Assembly (NCBI GenBank): GCA_039831155.1
Contig: JBDONT010000043.1
Coordinates: 32,001 to 96,000, forward strand
Source of the DNA: Nautiliaceae bacterium
GTDB lineage: Bacteria; Campylobacterota; Campylobacteria; Campylobacterales; Nautiliaceae
Direction: 5' to 3'
Length of the DNA: 64,000 nucleotides
Part shown: positions 32,151-41,370 of the stretch, in pieces
Layout: every line of letters begins with the position of its first letter
How positions within the stretch are numbered: the stretch's first letter is position 1
Translations under genes and position numbers: made by a program
Notes under the pieces: model-generated
The model's input: the letters and a program-made list of their open reading frames with translations, nothing else
What the model was told of the DNA's origin: nothing
Database searches by the model: none

Positions 32151-32959
32151 AAGAGGAATTTTTTATAAAGCAGATTAATTCGAAATTTATAGGGGATGAC
32201 GGGGCTTTTATAGAGAATAAGGTGTATGCCGGTGATATGTTTTTTGAAGATATTCATTTTAAAAAAGAGTGGTTTAGTCTAAAAGATATAGCGATTAAAG
32301 CTTCTTTGGTTAATTTAAGCGATATTGTGGTAATGAATGCAAGACCTAAGTGGGTGCTTTTAAATATAGGATTTCCTAAAAGTTATACTTTAAAAGAGAT
32401 TAAAGAGTTAACCGAAGGGTTTAATGAAACTGCTAAAGAGTACGGGTATGAAATAATAGGGGGAGATACAATAAAAAATTCTAAACTTGCCATAGCTATG
32501 ACGTTTGTGGGAGAGAGTAGAAAACCTGTTTTTAGAAAAGCCAAACTAAACGAATATGTCGCTTTTACCGGAGACTTAGGAAGTGTGGATAGAGATTTGA
32601 AGAGGCTTTTAAGAGGAGGAAAAATAAACAAAAACTCCAAATTTATAAGACCTAAAATAAGAGATAAGTTTTTTTATAAAGCAAGTAGGTATATAACTTC
32701 CGCCCTTGATATAAGTGACGGACTTTTTAAAGAGCTTGAGAGGATTTCAAAAACTTCAAGAGTAGGATTTAGATTTTTAAAAAAATTTGATAAAAGGATA
32801 GGTTGCAGTGGAGAAGAGTATGAAATTTTATTTACTTTTCCTAAAAAAAACTTAAATAAAATATTAAAGATAGCCAAACAGACAAGAACAAAAGTAAACG
32901 TTTTTGCAGTTACCACAAGAGGTAAGTTTAGAAGTGTTTGTAAAGAAAATCACTTTTAA
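32147..32959 (+). CDS. thiL: Thiamine-monophosphate kinase
   Basis: IGDDGA, D.FFEDIHF, VNLSDI..M, IIGGDT, DISDGL and GEEYEILFT. Confidence 0.93.
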   Translation: MKEEFFIKQINSKFIGDDGAFIENKVYAGDMFFEDIHFKKEWFSLKDIAIKASLVNLSDIVVMNARPKWVLLNIGFPKSYTLKEIKELTEGFNETAKEYGYEIIGGDTIKNSKLAIAMTFVGESRKPVFRKAKLNEYVAFTGDLGSVDRDLKRLLRGGKINKNSKFIRPKIRDKFFYKASRYITSALDISDGLFKELERISKTSRVGFRFLKKFDKRIGCSGEEYEILFTFPKKNLNKILKIAKQTRTKVNVFAVTTRGKFRSVCKENHF

Positions 32960-32968
32960 AGGATTAAA

Positions 32969-33628
32969 ATGAAAAACGCTATTGGGGATTTGTTTGATTT
33001 TAAGATTTTAAAATATGCCATTTTGCCGTTTGTTTTGGATTTGGTTTTTTGGGGTATTGTGTTTTTTATATTTTCCGATGATATTTTAGGGTTTATTCAT
33101 TCGTATATAGGAATGTTGCCTTTTGGAGAGAGTTTTAATAACTTTTTAACCAACATAGGTGGGGGAATTGTTTTAGCTATAGTTTATTATGAGTTGGTTG
33201 TATTGACGCTTGGAGTTTTTTCCTCTTTTTTTGTGGATAGAATAGTAAAAGAGATTAATCAAAAGCATTATAATTTAAAAGAGAGAAGAGTTTCTTTGAT
33301 AAAAGGGGTTTTGGTAAGTTTAAAATCTCTTTTAGTTTCCGGTATTGTTTTTTTATTTACTTTTTATTTACTTTTTGTGCCTTTTTTAAATATTGTTTAT
33401 CAGATGTTTATTTGGGCTTTGGTGAATAAAAAATCTCTTGTTTTTGACAGTGTAAGCAGTTTTTGCGATTTTGAAGAGATGGAAAAAAGATATAATTTTT
33501 CTATATGGAGTCTGGTTTTTTTAACTTCTGCAGTTTATTTTATACCGATTCTTTCATTTTTCGGTTATACTCTGCAGCTTATTTTAATGACTCATTACGT
33601 TTTGAGTAAATGTAAGGACAGGGGTTAG
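32969..33628 (+). CDS. EI24/CysZ-like integral membrane protein
   Basis: Multiple hydrophobic segments with the SSFFVDRIVKEINQKHY loop typical of this family in Campylobacterota. Confidence 0.65.
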   Translation: MKNAIGDLFDFKILKYAILPFVLDLVFWGIVFFIFSDDILGFIHSYIGMLPFGESFNNFLTNIGGGIVLAIVYYELVVLTLGVFSSFFVDRIVKEINQKHYNLKERRVSLIKGVLVSLKSLLVSGIVFLFTFYLLFVPFLNIVYQMFIWALVNKKSLVFDSVSSFCDFEEMEKRYNFSIWSLVFLTSAVYFIPILSFFGYTLQLILMTHYVLSKCKDRG

Positions 33629-33686
33629 TTACGGTTGTTGGGGTTGTTATGGTTTAACTTTTAATAACTATGACTAACCATAACAA
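33623..33686. repeat. Short 9-10 bp tandem units forming an inverted repeat
   Basis: GGTTAGTTAC-GGTTGTTGG-GGTTGTTAT-GGTT followed by the inverted TAACTATGACTAACCATAACAA. Confidence 0.55.
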
Positions 33687-33714
33687 GAAAGAGGAAAATT
33701 TAAAAAAAAATGAA

Positions 33715-33934
33715 AAATTCGTTTTTGGTGTTGGTATTATTACACAATTCCTCTAATCTCATTCCTTTTAAATATTCTTCAAATATTGCAACTCCTGCTC
33801 TTGGTGTTAGATTCTCATTTGTGGATTGTAATTTGAAATTTAGAATAGTTTGTGAATAATTCCATCTCCTGACTTTTTTTAAATACCTAATTATAGGATG
33901 ATTTCGTTTTTATTTTGGTATCGAATTATTGGGG
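33715..33934 (-). mobile_element. IS1380-family remnant (left end plus degenerate transposase N-terminus)
   Basis: Minus-strand frame from 33855: SQTILNFKLQSTNENLTPRAGVAIFEEYLKGMRLEELCN, then a frameshift to IPTPK. RBS AGGAG present but no in-frame start. End sequence CCCCAATAATTCGATACC. Family call is from recall of IS1380 N-termini. Confidence 0.65.
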
Positions 33935-33937
33935 TAC

Positions 33938-34094
33938 GGTACTGACTAAATATGCTCAACAAGAGTGCAAATTTTTTAACACTTCGAAAAAGCTAAAAAG
34001 TGCAAACGCAAGCGCCCTTCGGGTTAAGTGCACTTTTTTTAACGCTTTTTCTCCGTTAAAATTTGCAATTGTTTCACTTTATTTAGTCAGTACC
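33938..34094. mobile_element. MITE-like element 1 (157 bp)
   Basis: Terminal IRs GGTACTGACTAAAT / ATTTAGTCAGTACC; flanks ttggggtac / ttagggtac (8/9 direct repeat). Confidence 0.85.
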
Positions 34095-34109
34095 TTAGGG
34101 TACATTATC

Positions 34110-34138
34110 TTGACAGGGAGGGGGTAGAGTGCTATAAT
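34110..34138 (+). promoter_or_regulatory. Consensus sigma-70 promoter of the chemoreceptor gene
   Basis: TTGACA-17nt-TATAAT with an extended TG; spacer contains GGGAGGGGG. Confidence 0.8.
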
Positions 34139-34160
34139 TTTCTTAAAAAAGGCATTAATA

Positions 34161-36065
34161 ATGCTTAAAAATTTAACCATCAAAGCAAAATTTCTACTGA
34201 TTTTGGGTGTTGTTATATTAGGTTTCGTTATATTAGATATGTTGATGTTAAGAGAAGTTTCACTTTATAAAACTTACGCCGATATAGAAAGCCGTATTGA
34301 AAAGCTAAGGGGCGATATGTTAATGCTTAGAAGAAATGAAAAAGATTTTCTTTTAAGAAAAAATTTAAAATATAAAGACAAATTTTTGAAAAACTATAAA
34401 ATAGCCATAGAAAACGCAAAACAATTACAAGAAGAACTAAATAAAGTAGGGTATAAAACAAACGAAGTCAAAAAATATATGGAAATATTATCACAATATA
34501 AAAATAAATTTTTGGAATTAATAAATAAACAAGTTGAAATAGGTCTTAATGAAAAAATGGGGCTTTACGGTTCCGAAAGAGATAGTGTCCATAAAGTTCA
34601 AAAATATGCTAAACAAATGAAAGAATGGGAAATTTTAGCTAGAGTTTACGAATTAAGAAAAAATGAAAAAGATTTTATGTTGCGACGCAATTTAAAATAT
34701 ATAGATGAACATTCCAAACATTATAAAACATTAATAGGTATGTTAAATGACGAGAATATGAAAAATTACTTACAAAAATATAGAAATGATTTATTAAATA
34801 TCGTTAAAGCCGAACAAGAAATAGGTTTAAACGAAAAATTGGGAATACGAGGAGAAATGAGAAGAACCGTTCATCAAACGGAAAAAATATTAGAAACGCT
34901 AATGAAAAAAGTTAAATCTTTCGCAATGGAAAAAGAAAAAAGTTTAACTATTACTACTTTTATATTATCATTAATCTTTTCGGCAATCATTATTGTATTG
35001 CTTTATATAATTTCAAAAGAAATAAACGTATCCCTTTCAGAACTAGAAAGAGGATTGTTTGAATTTTTTGATTTTGTGGACGGAAAAAGAGAAAAGGTTA
35101 ACAATATTGAAATTAAAAACAACGACGAAATAGGTAAAATGGCGAAATTGATAAATAAACATATAAAAGAAAGTATTGCAAAAATGCAAGATGATAAAAA
35201 TAATATTATTCAAATAATAAATATGATAACGGAAATAAAAAACGGCAATTTTCAGATTAGAAGCAATATTAACCCTTTAAATCCGTTATTATTGCAAATA
35301 AGAGACGTATTAAACAGTATGACCGAAACACTTGAAAACAATATAGCAAGAAATCTAAACGATATCAATGTAGTAGTAGAAAAATACTTAAACAGAGATT
35401 TCTCAGCTAAAATCAACAATCCTATAGGTAAACTTTCAAAAGCTATAAATTTATTAGGTGAAGTAGTTGCTGACTTGTTGACAGAAAGTAAAAATATTAG
35501 TGAAGAATTAAACAATAAATCCACAGTTTTGAAAAAAGAAACAGATATATTAAACAACGTCACCGTAAAACAATCTGAAGAGCTAAATAATGTAGCTTCC
35601 AATATGCACGCACTAAACGAAACAATGCTTTCAACTTCATCTCAAGTACAGGAAGTTATAGAACAGGCAAACAATATCAAAAACGTAATTGACGTAATTA
35701 AAGATATTGCAGATCAAACAAATCTTTTAGCCTTAAACGCCGCTATAGAAGCCGCCAGAGCCGGTGAACATGGAAGAGGATTTGCGGTAGTTGCCGATGA
35801 AGTAAAAAATTTAGCCGAAAAAACACAAAAAAGTCTCGGTGAAATTAATGCTACCATTAATATATTAACCCAATCCATTGATACGGTAGGAGAGGTTATA
35901 CAAACACAGACAACCGATGTAAATAATAATGCACAAGAAATTGAAAATATTAATCAAAAATTTGCCGACAATACAAAAATTGTCGAAAACATCAATAAAG
36001 TCGCATTTGAAATAGATAAAATGAGTTCTTCCATACTTCAAACGGTAAATAAAAATAAATTTTAA
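34161..36065 (+). CDS. Methyl-accepting chemotaxis protein with duplicated (HBM-type) periplasmic sensor domain
   Basis: Two TM helices; internal repeats [16 protein letters not shown] / [20 protein letters not shown] region; [30 protein letters not shown]. Confidence 0.95.
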   Translation: MLKNLTIKAKFLLILGVVILGFVILDMLMLREVSLYKTYADIESRIEKLRGDMLMLRRNEKDFLLRKNLKYKDKFLKNYKIAIENAKQLQEELNKVGYKTNEVKKYMEILSQYKNKFLELINKQVEIGLNEKMGLYGSERDSVHKVQKYAKQMKEWEILARVYELRKNEKDFMLRRNLKYIDEHSKHYKTLIGMLNDENMKNYLQKYRNDLLNIVKAEQEIGLNEKLGIRGEMRRTVHQTEKILETLMKKVKSFAMEKEKSLTITTFILSLIFSAIIIVLLYIISKEINVSLSELERGLFEFFDFVDGKREKVNNIEIKNNDEIGKMAKLINKHIKESIAKMQDDKNNIIQIINMITEIKNGNFQIRSNINPLNPLLLQIRDVLNSMTETLENNIARNLNDINVVVEKYLNRDFSAKINNPIGKLSKAINLLGEVVADLLTESKNISEELNNKSTVLKKETDILNNVTVKQSEELNNVASNMHALNETMLSTSSQVQEVIEQANNIKNVIDVIKDIADQTNLLALNAAIEAARAGEHGRGFAVVADEVKNLAEKTQKSLGEINATINILTQSIDTVGEVIQTQTTDVNNNAQEIENINQKFADNTKIVENINKVAFEIDKMSSSILQTVNKNKF

Positions 36066-36119
36066 CAATAAATTTCACATTCTTTCACCTTTTCTCTCTT
36101 ATTTTTACATGTTTTTATA

Positions 36120-36140
36120 CCGACTAAAGTCGGCGTTACA
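36120..36140 (-). repeat. Solitary REP-like hairpin
   Basis: Minus strand TGTAACG-CCGACT-TT-AGTCGG: GTAA foot followed by a GC-rich palindrome. Confidence 0.5.
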
Positions 36141-36182
36141 TTCGGAAAACGGACAACTGAAAAGGGAAATTCTTATTGATTC

Positions 36183-36281
36183 TCAATAAGTCTTAATTTT
36201 ATTATACAAACTGTCCCTTTTCATCGGTATAAAACCGCTGTCTTTTATCAGATGTATCAGTTCTTGCAATTCGATTCCTTT
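36183..36281 (-). pseudogene. Orphan 3' fragment of an MqnE/CofH-type radical SAM gene
   Basis: Manual translation KGIELQELIHLIKDSGFIPMKRDSLYNKIKTY* resembles the MqnE C-terminal LI..SGFIP..RDSLYN motif; no 5' part present. Confidence 0.7.
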
Positions 36282-36431
36282 ATACCAATCACCTAAAACA
36301 TTCTTACATATGGAACAGAGATTGGTTGTAATAAATATAAGAAGGTTAGAAGTAAGAAATTATCATACAATAGAGGAATTAATACCAATCTCCAAAATTA
36401 ATCAAACATTTATTTTGTGAAAAAAGAAAAT

Positions 36432-36562
36432 GGTACTGACTAAATAAAGTGAAACAATTGCAAATTTTAACGCAAAATTTTTGTTAAAATCCGCAACCTT
36501 GTCTTTTTTTACTTTTTCGTTATTTAAATTTTATCAGCGTGAAAAAGCCTTGAGTCAGTGCC
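36432..36562. mobile_element. MITE-like element 2 (131 bp)
   Basis: Ends GGTACTGACT / AGTCAGTGCC; first 41 bp are the exact reverse complement of 34054-34094; flanks aagaaaat / aagaaaag. Confidence 0.82.
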
Positions 36563-36624
36563 AAGAAAAGGTAAATGTAAGAATTATTTTTGCTATAATG
36601 TCAAATCAATTATGAAAGGTTAAT

Positions 36625-37701
36625 ATGATATACTCTCACGCTACTATTAACTTTCACTTTAATAAAAACTCCGAAAACTTTTTCGTTGAAGAAATACCCC
36701 TTTATTCTTTTGACCACACAGGTGAGTGGCTTATGCTTAAAGTCAGAAAAAAAGACGCTACAACCAACGATATTGTAAAAACATTTTCAAGATTGGGAAT
36801 AAACAAAAGAGATATAGGATATGCCGGGCTTAAAGATAAAGACGGATTAACCGTTCAGTGGATAAGCGTGCCGAGGAAATTCAGGGACAGAATAAATAAA
36901 TTCGAACATCCGAAAATTAAAATTGTTGAGCAGGATTTGCACAGAAACAAACTGAAAATCGGACATTTAAAAGGCAACAGGTTTTTTGTAAGGCTTAAAA
37001 AAGTTCTTCCGGTGGACGCTAAGAAAATAGAAAGGGTGCTTATAGATATTAAAAAATACGGTATTCCCAACTTTTTCGGATATCAGAGATTTGGTAAATA
37101 CGGAGACAATTTCGAACAGGCAAAAGAGTTTATTTTTGGAGATAAGCATATCAAAGATAAAAGACTTCAAAAGCTTTTAATAAGTGCTTATCAGTCCAAA
37201 CTGTTTAATGACTGGCTTATGGAGAGAATCAAGCTTAGTAATATTTTCGATATGAAAGATAATGAACTTAAATTTTTGGGATATTCAAAAGAGCTTATTA
37301 AATTCGTAAAATCTCAAAAACACCCTTTTAAGTTACTTCAGGGAGATGTAATGTGTCATTATCCTTTCGGGAAGAATTTTTATTTGGAAGATGTAAGCGA
37401 TAGTGAGAGATTTTATAAAAAAGAGATAATTCCAACCGGTCTTTTACCCGGAAAAAAAGTTTTAAGGGCTAAAGATTTTGCAAGGGAGATAGAAGAGAAA
37501 TACGATGAACTCCTTCCGGCTGACGGTGACAGAAGAAGTGCTTGGATTTTTCCGGAAATTATTGATAAAAGATATATTAAAGATAAAGCCTGGTATGAGA
37601 TTAAATTTTTCTTACCAAAAGGTAGTTATGCGACTGTTTTAATTGAGATCTTAAAAAACGGAGTAAGCGATAATTTGATAACTTACAAAGGCGATAAATG
37701 A
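36625..37701 (+). CDS. truD: tRNA pseudouridine(13) synthase
   Basis: FFVEEIP, GYAGLKDK, GHLKGNRF, PNFFGYQRFG and FFLPKGSYAT. Confidence 0.96.
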   Translation: MIYSHATINFHFNKNSENFFVEEIPLYSFDHTGEWLMLKVRKKDATTNDIVKTFSRLGINKRDIGYAGLKDKDGLTVQWISVPRKFRDRINKFEHPKIKIVEQDLHRNKLKIGHLKGNRFFVRLKKVLPVDAKKIERVLIDIKKYGIPNFFGYQRFGKYGDNFEQAKEFIFGDKHIKDKRLQKLLISAYQSKLFNDWLMERIKLSNIFDMKDNELKFLGYSKELIKFVKSQKHPFKLLQGDVMCHYPFGKNFYLEDVSDSERFYKKEIIPTGLLPGKKVLRAKDFAREIEEKYDELLPADGDRRSAWIFPEIIDKRYIKDKAWYEIKFFLPKGSYATVLIEILKNGVSDNLITYKGDK

Positions 37702-38594
37702 GTCTTCCTCAAATAGCTACCCTTGTAGCTACTTTAGTCGCTTTTATTTTAGCCGTTATAAAAATTGTTGTGGGAGTAATGAGTGGGAGTGTAGCTGTAA
37801 TTGCGAGTGCTTTGGACTCTGTTTTGGATATGGTTATTTCTATTTTTAATAATATTGCCGTTAAGGTTAGCGAATCAAAACCCAGTGATAAGTTTAATTA
37901 CGGAAAAGGTAAAATAGAAGCATTGGCTGCTTTATTTGAGGGTGTTATTATTACTCTTAGCGGGGTTTATATTATTTATGAAGCTATCAATAAAATTATT
38001 CACCACAATAAAATAGTTGAAATCAATTACTCTATTTATGTTATGCTTTTTTCCGTTTTTATGACTCTTGGGCTTGTGTTGTTTTTGAGTTTTGTTTATA
38101 AAAAAACTAATCACTTGATAATAAAATCCGATTTACTACACTATAAAACCGATTTTTTGACAAACGGGGCGGTTTTGGTATCTTTGATTATAGTGAAGCT
38201 TAGCGGGTTTTATTATGTTGATTTTGTACTTTCTATTGTTATAGGGCTTTATATTATAAAAGAGGCAAGTGAAATTATAAAAGAAGGATTTGAAATTCTT
38301 CTTGATGTTTCTTTGGATTTTCAAACGGTTCAAAAAATTAAAGAGATAATAAAAAAAGAGCCTCTTGTTATTGATTTTCATTGCTTAAGAACAAGAAAAG
38401 CCGGCGATAGAAACTTTGTAGATGTTCATTTGGTTTTGACTCCGGATATGAAACTAAAACTTGCCCATACGATAGTGGAAAGAGTTGAAGAAAAGATTAG
38501 AAAAATAGATCCGGATAAAAAGTGGATAATCAATATCCATGCTGATCCGTATGATGATTCTCATATTAATAAAATGCAAGAGGAGTGTGAGTGA
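37698..38594 (+). CDS. Cation diffusion facilitator (FieF-like)
   Basis: SGSVAVIASALDSVLD, FNYGKGKIE, DLLHYKTD, LRTR and AH...IH.DP. Confidence 0.92.
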   Translation: MSLPQIATLVATLVAFILAVIKIVVGVMSGSVAVIASALDSVLDMVISIFNNIAVKVSESKPSDKFNYGKGKIEALAALFEGVIITLSGVYIIYEAINKIIHHNKIVEINYSIYVMLFSVFMTLGLVLFLSFVYKKTNHLIIKSDLLHYKTDFLTNGAVLVSLIIVKLSGFYYVDFVLSIVIGLYIIKEASEIIKEGFEILLDVSLDFQTVQKIKEIIKKEPLVIDFHCLRTRKAGDRNFVDVHLVLTPDMKLKLAHTIVERVEEKIRKIDPDKKWIINIHADPYDDSHINKMQEECE

Positions 38595-39439
38595 TGACTA
38601 TTAAAAGTATAGTGTCAACGCATCATCACGATGCGTTGGTTAGAGAAATTGACGAAATAGGTGAAGAGAAAATTATAGATATTTCTAGATATTTTACTAA
38701 GAATCAGATTGATATTTTAGTGGTTACTGAAAATAAAAAGCCGATTTATGTATTAACAAGCAGTGATATTATAGATGCTTTAGTAGAACATATGGAAGTT
38801 ATGGATATTTACTCTTATATTGACAATAAACCTAAAAAAGTTGTAGCAGTTAAAGAGAATGAATCAGTATTTGAAGCTTACAGGCTTATGAGAAATAGAC
38901 ACATTCATCATTTGGTGGTTGTTGATGAAAAGGAGGGGTATTATAAGAGTGTAATTAACTTTTTAGATTTTGCTTCTTTTTTGACCGAAATTGCTTTAAA
39001 AGATGAAATGACCGGTCTTTATAATAAAAGATTTTTTGAGTTTTTAATAGACAGATACAGTAATGAAAATATTGAAATCGGAATTATATTTTTGGATTTA
39101 AACGATTTTAAAATTATAAACGACAAATATGGACATATTTTTGGAGATGAGGTTATTAAAACGGCAGCTTCTATTATTCGTCAGTCAATTAGAAATATCG
39201 ATTATGCTTTTAGATTCGGAGGAGATGAGTTTGTGATTATGATTTTTGCAAGTTATGAGGTTTTGAAAAAAGTTGCAAAAAGAATAGAAGATAAAATAAA
39301 TTCTGCGAAAGTAGGGGATATAACTATTTCTTGTAGTTTAGGGTATGCTCATTATAAAACAGATTCAAGCGATTTAAAAGAGGTTATAAAAATTGCAGAT
39401 GAGAATATGTATAAAAGAAAAAAGGAGATTAAGAGTTAA
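38591..39439 (+). CDS. CBS-pair plus GGDEF diguanylate cyclase
   Basis: CBS motifs, [28 protein letters not shown], RxxD I-site (RNID) and RFGGDEF. Confidence 0.92.
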   Translation: MMTIKSIVSTHHHDALVREIDEIGEEKIIDISRYFTKNQIDILVVTENKKPIYVLTSSDIIDALVEHMEVMDIYSYIDNKPKKVVAVKENESVFEAYRLMRNRHIHHLVVVDEKEGYYKSVINFLDFASFLTEIALKDEMTGLYNKRFFEFLIDRYSNENIEIGIIFLDLNDFKIINDKYGHIFGDEVIKTAASIIRQSIRNIDYAFRFGGDEFVIMIFASYEVLKKVAKRIEDKINSAKVGDITISCSLGYAHYKTDSSDLKEVIKIADENMYKRKKEIKS

Positions 39440-41270
39440 GGGCTTTAACTGCCTCTAACATCTTAATTCCGGCTTCGTTTACACTGTTTCTACCTAGATA
39501 TTTAGCCTCTCTAGCTGCTATGTAGGCTTTGTCGAATGTTTCTTTTGTAAGTCCGGATTTTTTAATCGCTTCTTTAATGTTTTGAGGTAGAATTCTGATT
39601 TTTTGTTCTTTTACATACATACTACCAGTATCTGCGATTGCTTTTACAACTCTGTAAATTGTCGGGTTAATAGGTGCCCCGAATCCTTCCGGAACTCCAC
39701 TCATAGCGTCGTCCATTAAAGTACCGAACTCTGTTTCTATAATGTGACCGTCAGGTAAGATTTCTATAAATCCTTTTGCTTCTAGTTTGTCTAAAGCTTC
39801 AACGATTTTTCTTTTTTCGTCTTCATCTTTTCCTTCAAGCAGTTCTTCACAAGCTATTCCGTTGCTAGGGATTACTTTAAAGATATCCATTTCGTATTTT
39901 GTCATAAACGGCATTTTTTCTTGAGTTGCAAGGTATTCATATAATAATCCGGAGCGACTTGGTTCATATGTTCCTAAAATTCTTTCGTTTCTAGCTTCTA
40001 ATACCCACTCTTTGTTTGGAGCACTGAAGATTTTGTTTGAAATAGCCAGTGTTTTTACCGACCAGCTGTGAATGCTTCTTTCGTCATTGTTTTGGTCGTT
40101 GATTACTTTTTCTCCGTTTTTAGTTACGAAGTAAACCGCTTTACCTTTTTCGTCGATACCTTCGGTAATTAAACCGAACGCTTCAAGGCTGTATAGGTAT
40201 TCTCTTAAATCGAAGTTGTCTTCAAACCATTTTTTCTTATCTGCCAAATCTTGGAATTTTTTAGCGATTTCCTGTTTAAGCTTTGGCATTTCGTTTAGTT
40301 TTCTACCGTATTTTTCGATTAGTTTTTTGTATTCTTTTACTTTTCTTTCAATTAATTCAGCTTTAATTTCATCAAATGTAGGTGTTTCTTCCGGATTATT
40401 CGGAACTTTTTCTTCCCAGATTTTTTTAATAGTTTTTAGAGTTTCGATTTCTTCAATTTCAATAGCGAATGTTTTTAACGGTTTTTCTACGTTTTCTTTT
40501 ACGATTCTGTAAACTTCTAGAGCTTTTTCACCGGCTTTTGTTAGATTATCTACATCAGTAATGTATCCTAATTCTTCAAGTTGAATAGCACCTTCTAGAG
40601 GAATTTCTTCTCCGTCCGCTATTTTTGCTATATCTTCAAGAATTGATAAATCAAGTACACTACCTTCACTTGCCCAACCACCGTAAGTTAGAGTTTCTTT
40701 TACAGCTTGTCCAAGTTCTGTGAATGTGTAGTATTCTCCGTTTGGTACAGAGTAAGCGATTAATCTCATAGCTTCAAGTAGGTCTTTTTTATTACCTTCT
40801 ACCGGTAGATAGTGTGCGTCTGTCGGTCCTTGAGGAGATTTTCTTATATATTCTGCAAGTTCAGCGTCAATTACAAGTTCCGGAGTTGTAATTTTATAAG
40901 CGTCATATAAATCGATTGCTTCTTGAGTAAGTTCTCCGTTTGCTGCTAATCCTCTTTTTTCAAGTTCTTCGTTTGTTACTTTTGTAGTTTTGTTTTTGTT
41001 TTTAGCAGCGGCGTCAATCATAGCAATAACTTCACTGCTTACTATTTTTTTTACCTTTGAATCGATTTTGTCTTTAATTCTATTTAGTACGTCAGCTACG
41101 ATTCCACCTGCGTATGTTAGTTCGATTGTTGCCGGTGTAGGGAATTTTACAAGCCCGCTTAGGTTTAATTCTTCAACTATTTCATTGTTTAGAGCGTCTA
41201 CACTTAGAGTTTTCTCTTTTGAGTTTAATAAGTCAAGCATAATGTTTAATGCTTCGTGTTTTATAATCAT
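39429..41270 (-). CDS. DUF505-like multi-winged-helix protein
   Basis: 613 aa with about 7 recurrences of L-x-x-x-G-(L/F/Y)-I...(L)T-x-x-G, e.g. LEELGYI..LTKAG and LEAFGLI..VTKNG. DUF505 assignment is from recall, not a search. Confidence 0.7.
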   Translation of the reverse strand: MIIKHEALNIMLDLLNSKEKTLSVDALNNEIVEELNLSGLVKFPTPATIELTYAGGIVADVLNRIKDKIDSKVKKIVSSEVIAMIDAAAKNKNKTTKVTNEELEKRGLAANGELTQEAIDLYDAYKITTPELVIDAELAEYIRKSPQGPTDAHYLPVEGNKKDLLEAMRLIAYSVPNGEYYTFTELGQAVKETLTYGGWASEGSVLDLSILEDIAKIADGEEIPLEGAIQLEELGYITDVDNLTKAGEKALEVYRIVKENVEKPLKTFAIEIEEIETLKTIKKIWEEKVPNNPEETPTFDEIKAELIERKVKEYKKLIEKYGRKLNEMPKLKQEIAKKFQDLADKKKWFEDNFDLREYLYSLEAFGLITEGIDEKGKAVYFVTKNGEKVINDQNNDERSIHSWSVKTLAISNKIFSAPNKEWVLEARNERILGTYEPSRSGLLYEYLATQEKMPFMTKYEMDIFKVIPSNGIACEELLEGKDEDEKRKIVEALDKLEAKGFIEILPDGHIIETEFGTLMDDAMSGVPEGFGAPINPTIYRVVKAIADTGSMYVKEQKIRILPQNIKEAIKKSGLTKETFDKAYIAAREAKYLGRNSVNEAGIKMLEAVKALNS

Positions 41271-41301
41271 TTCTTAGTCTCCTTTCATAAAGATTTGTAA
41301 A

Positions 41302-41330
41302 ATTATACAAATATAATTAGATTAAGTCAA
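41302..41330 (-). promoter_or_regulatory. Sigma-70 promoter of the DUF505-like gene
   Basis: Minus strand TTGACT-17nt-TATAAT; RBS AAAGGAGA downstream. Confidence 0.75.
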
Positions 41331-41370
41331 GAAGACTAAAGCTAATTACGCTTATAAAGATAAAGAGGAG

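Noticed and set aside
33623..33686. Possible CRISPR or iteron array
   Set aside because: Units are 9-10 bp, degenerate and without spacers; no cas or rep gene nearby
33915..34127. 70-aa ORF across MITE 1
   Set aside because: Spans the non-coding element and promoter; no RBS or recognisable motif
36310..36420. 36-aa ORF MEQRLVVINIRRLEVRNYHTIEELIP..., possibly a transposase remnant
   Set aside because: No RBS and the similarity is too weak to call without a search
33938..36562. Single composite transposon carrying the MCP
   Set aside because: Each MITE has its own target duplication and the outer flanks (ttggggtac versus aagaaaag) do not match, favouring independent insertions
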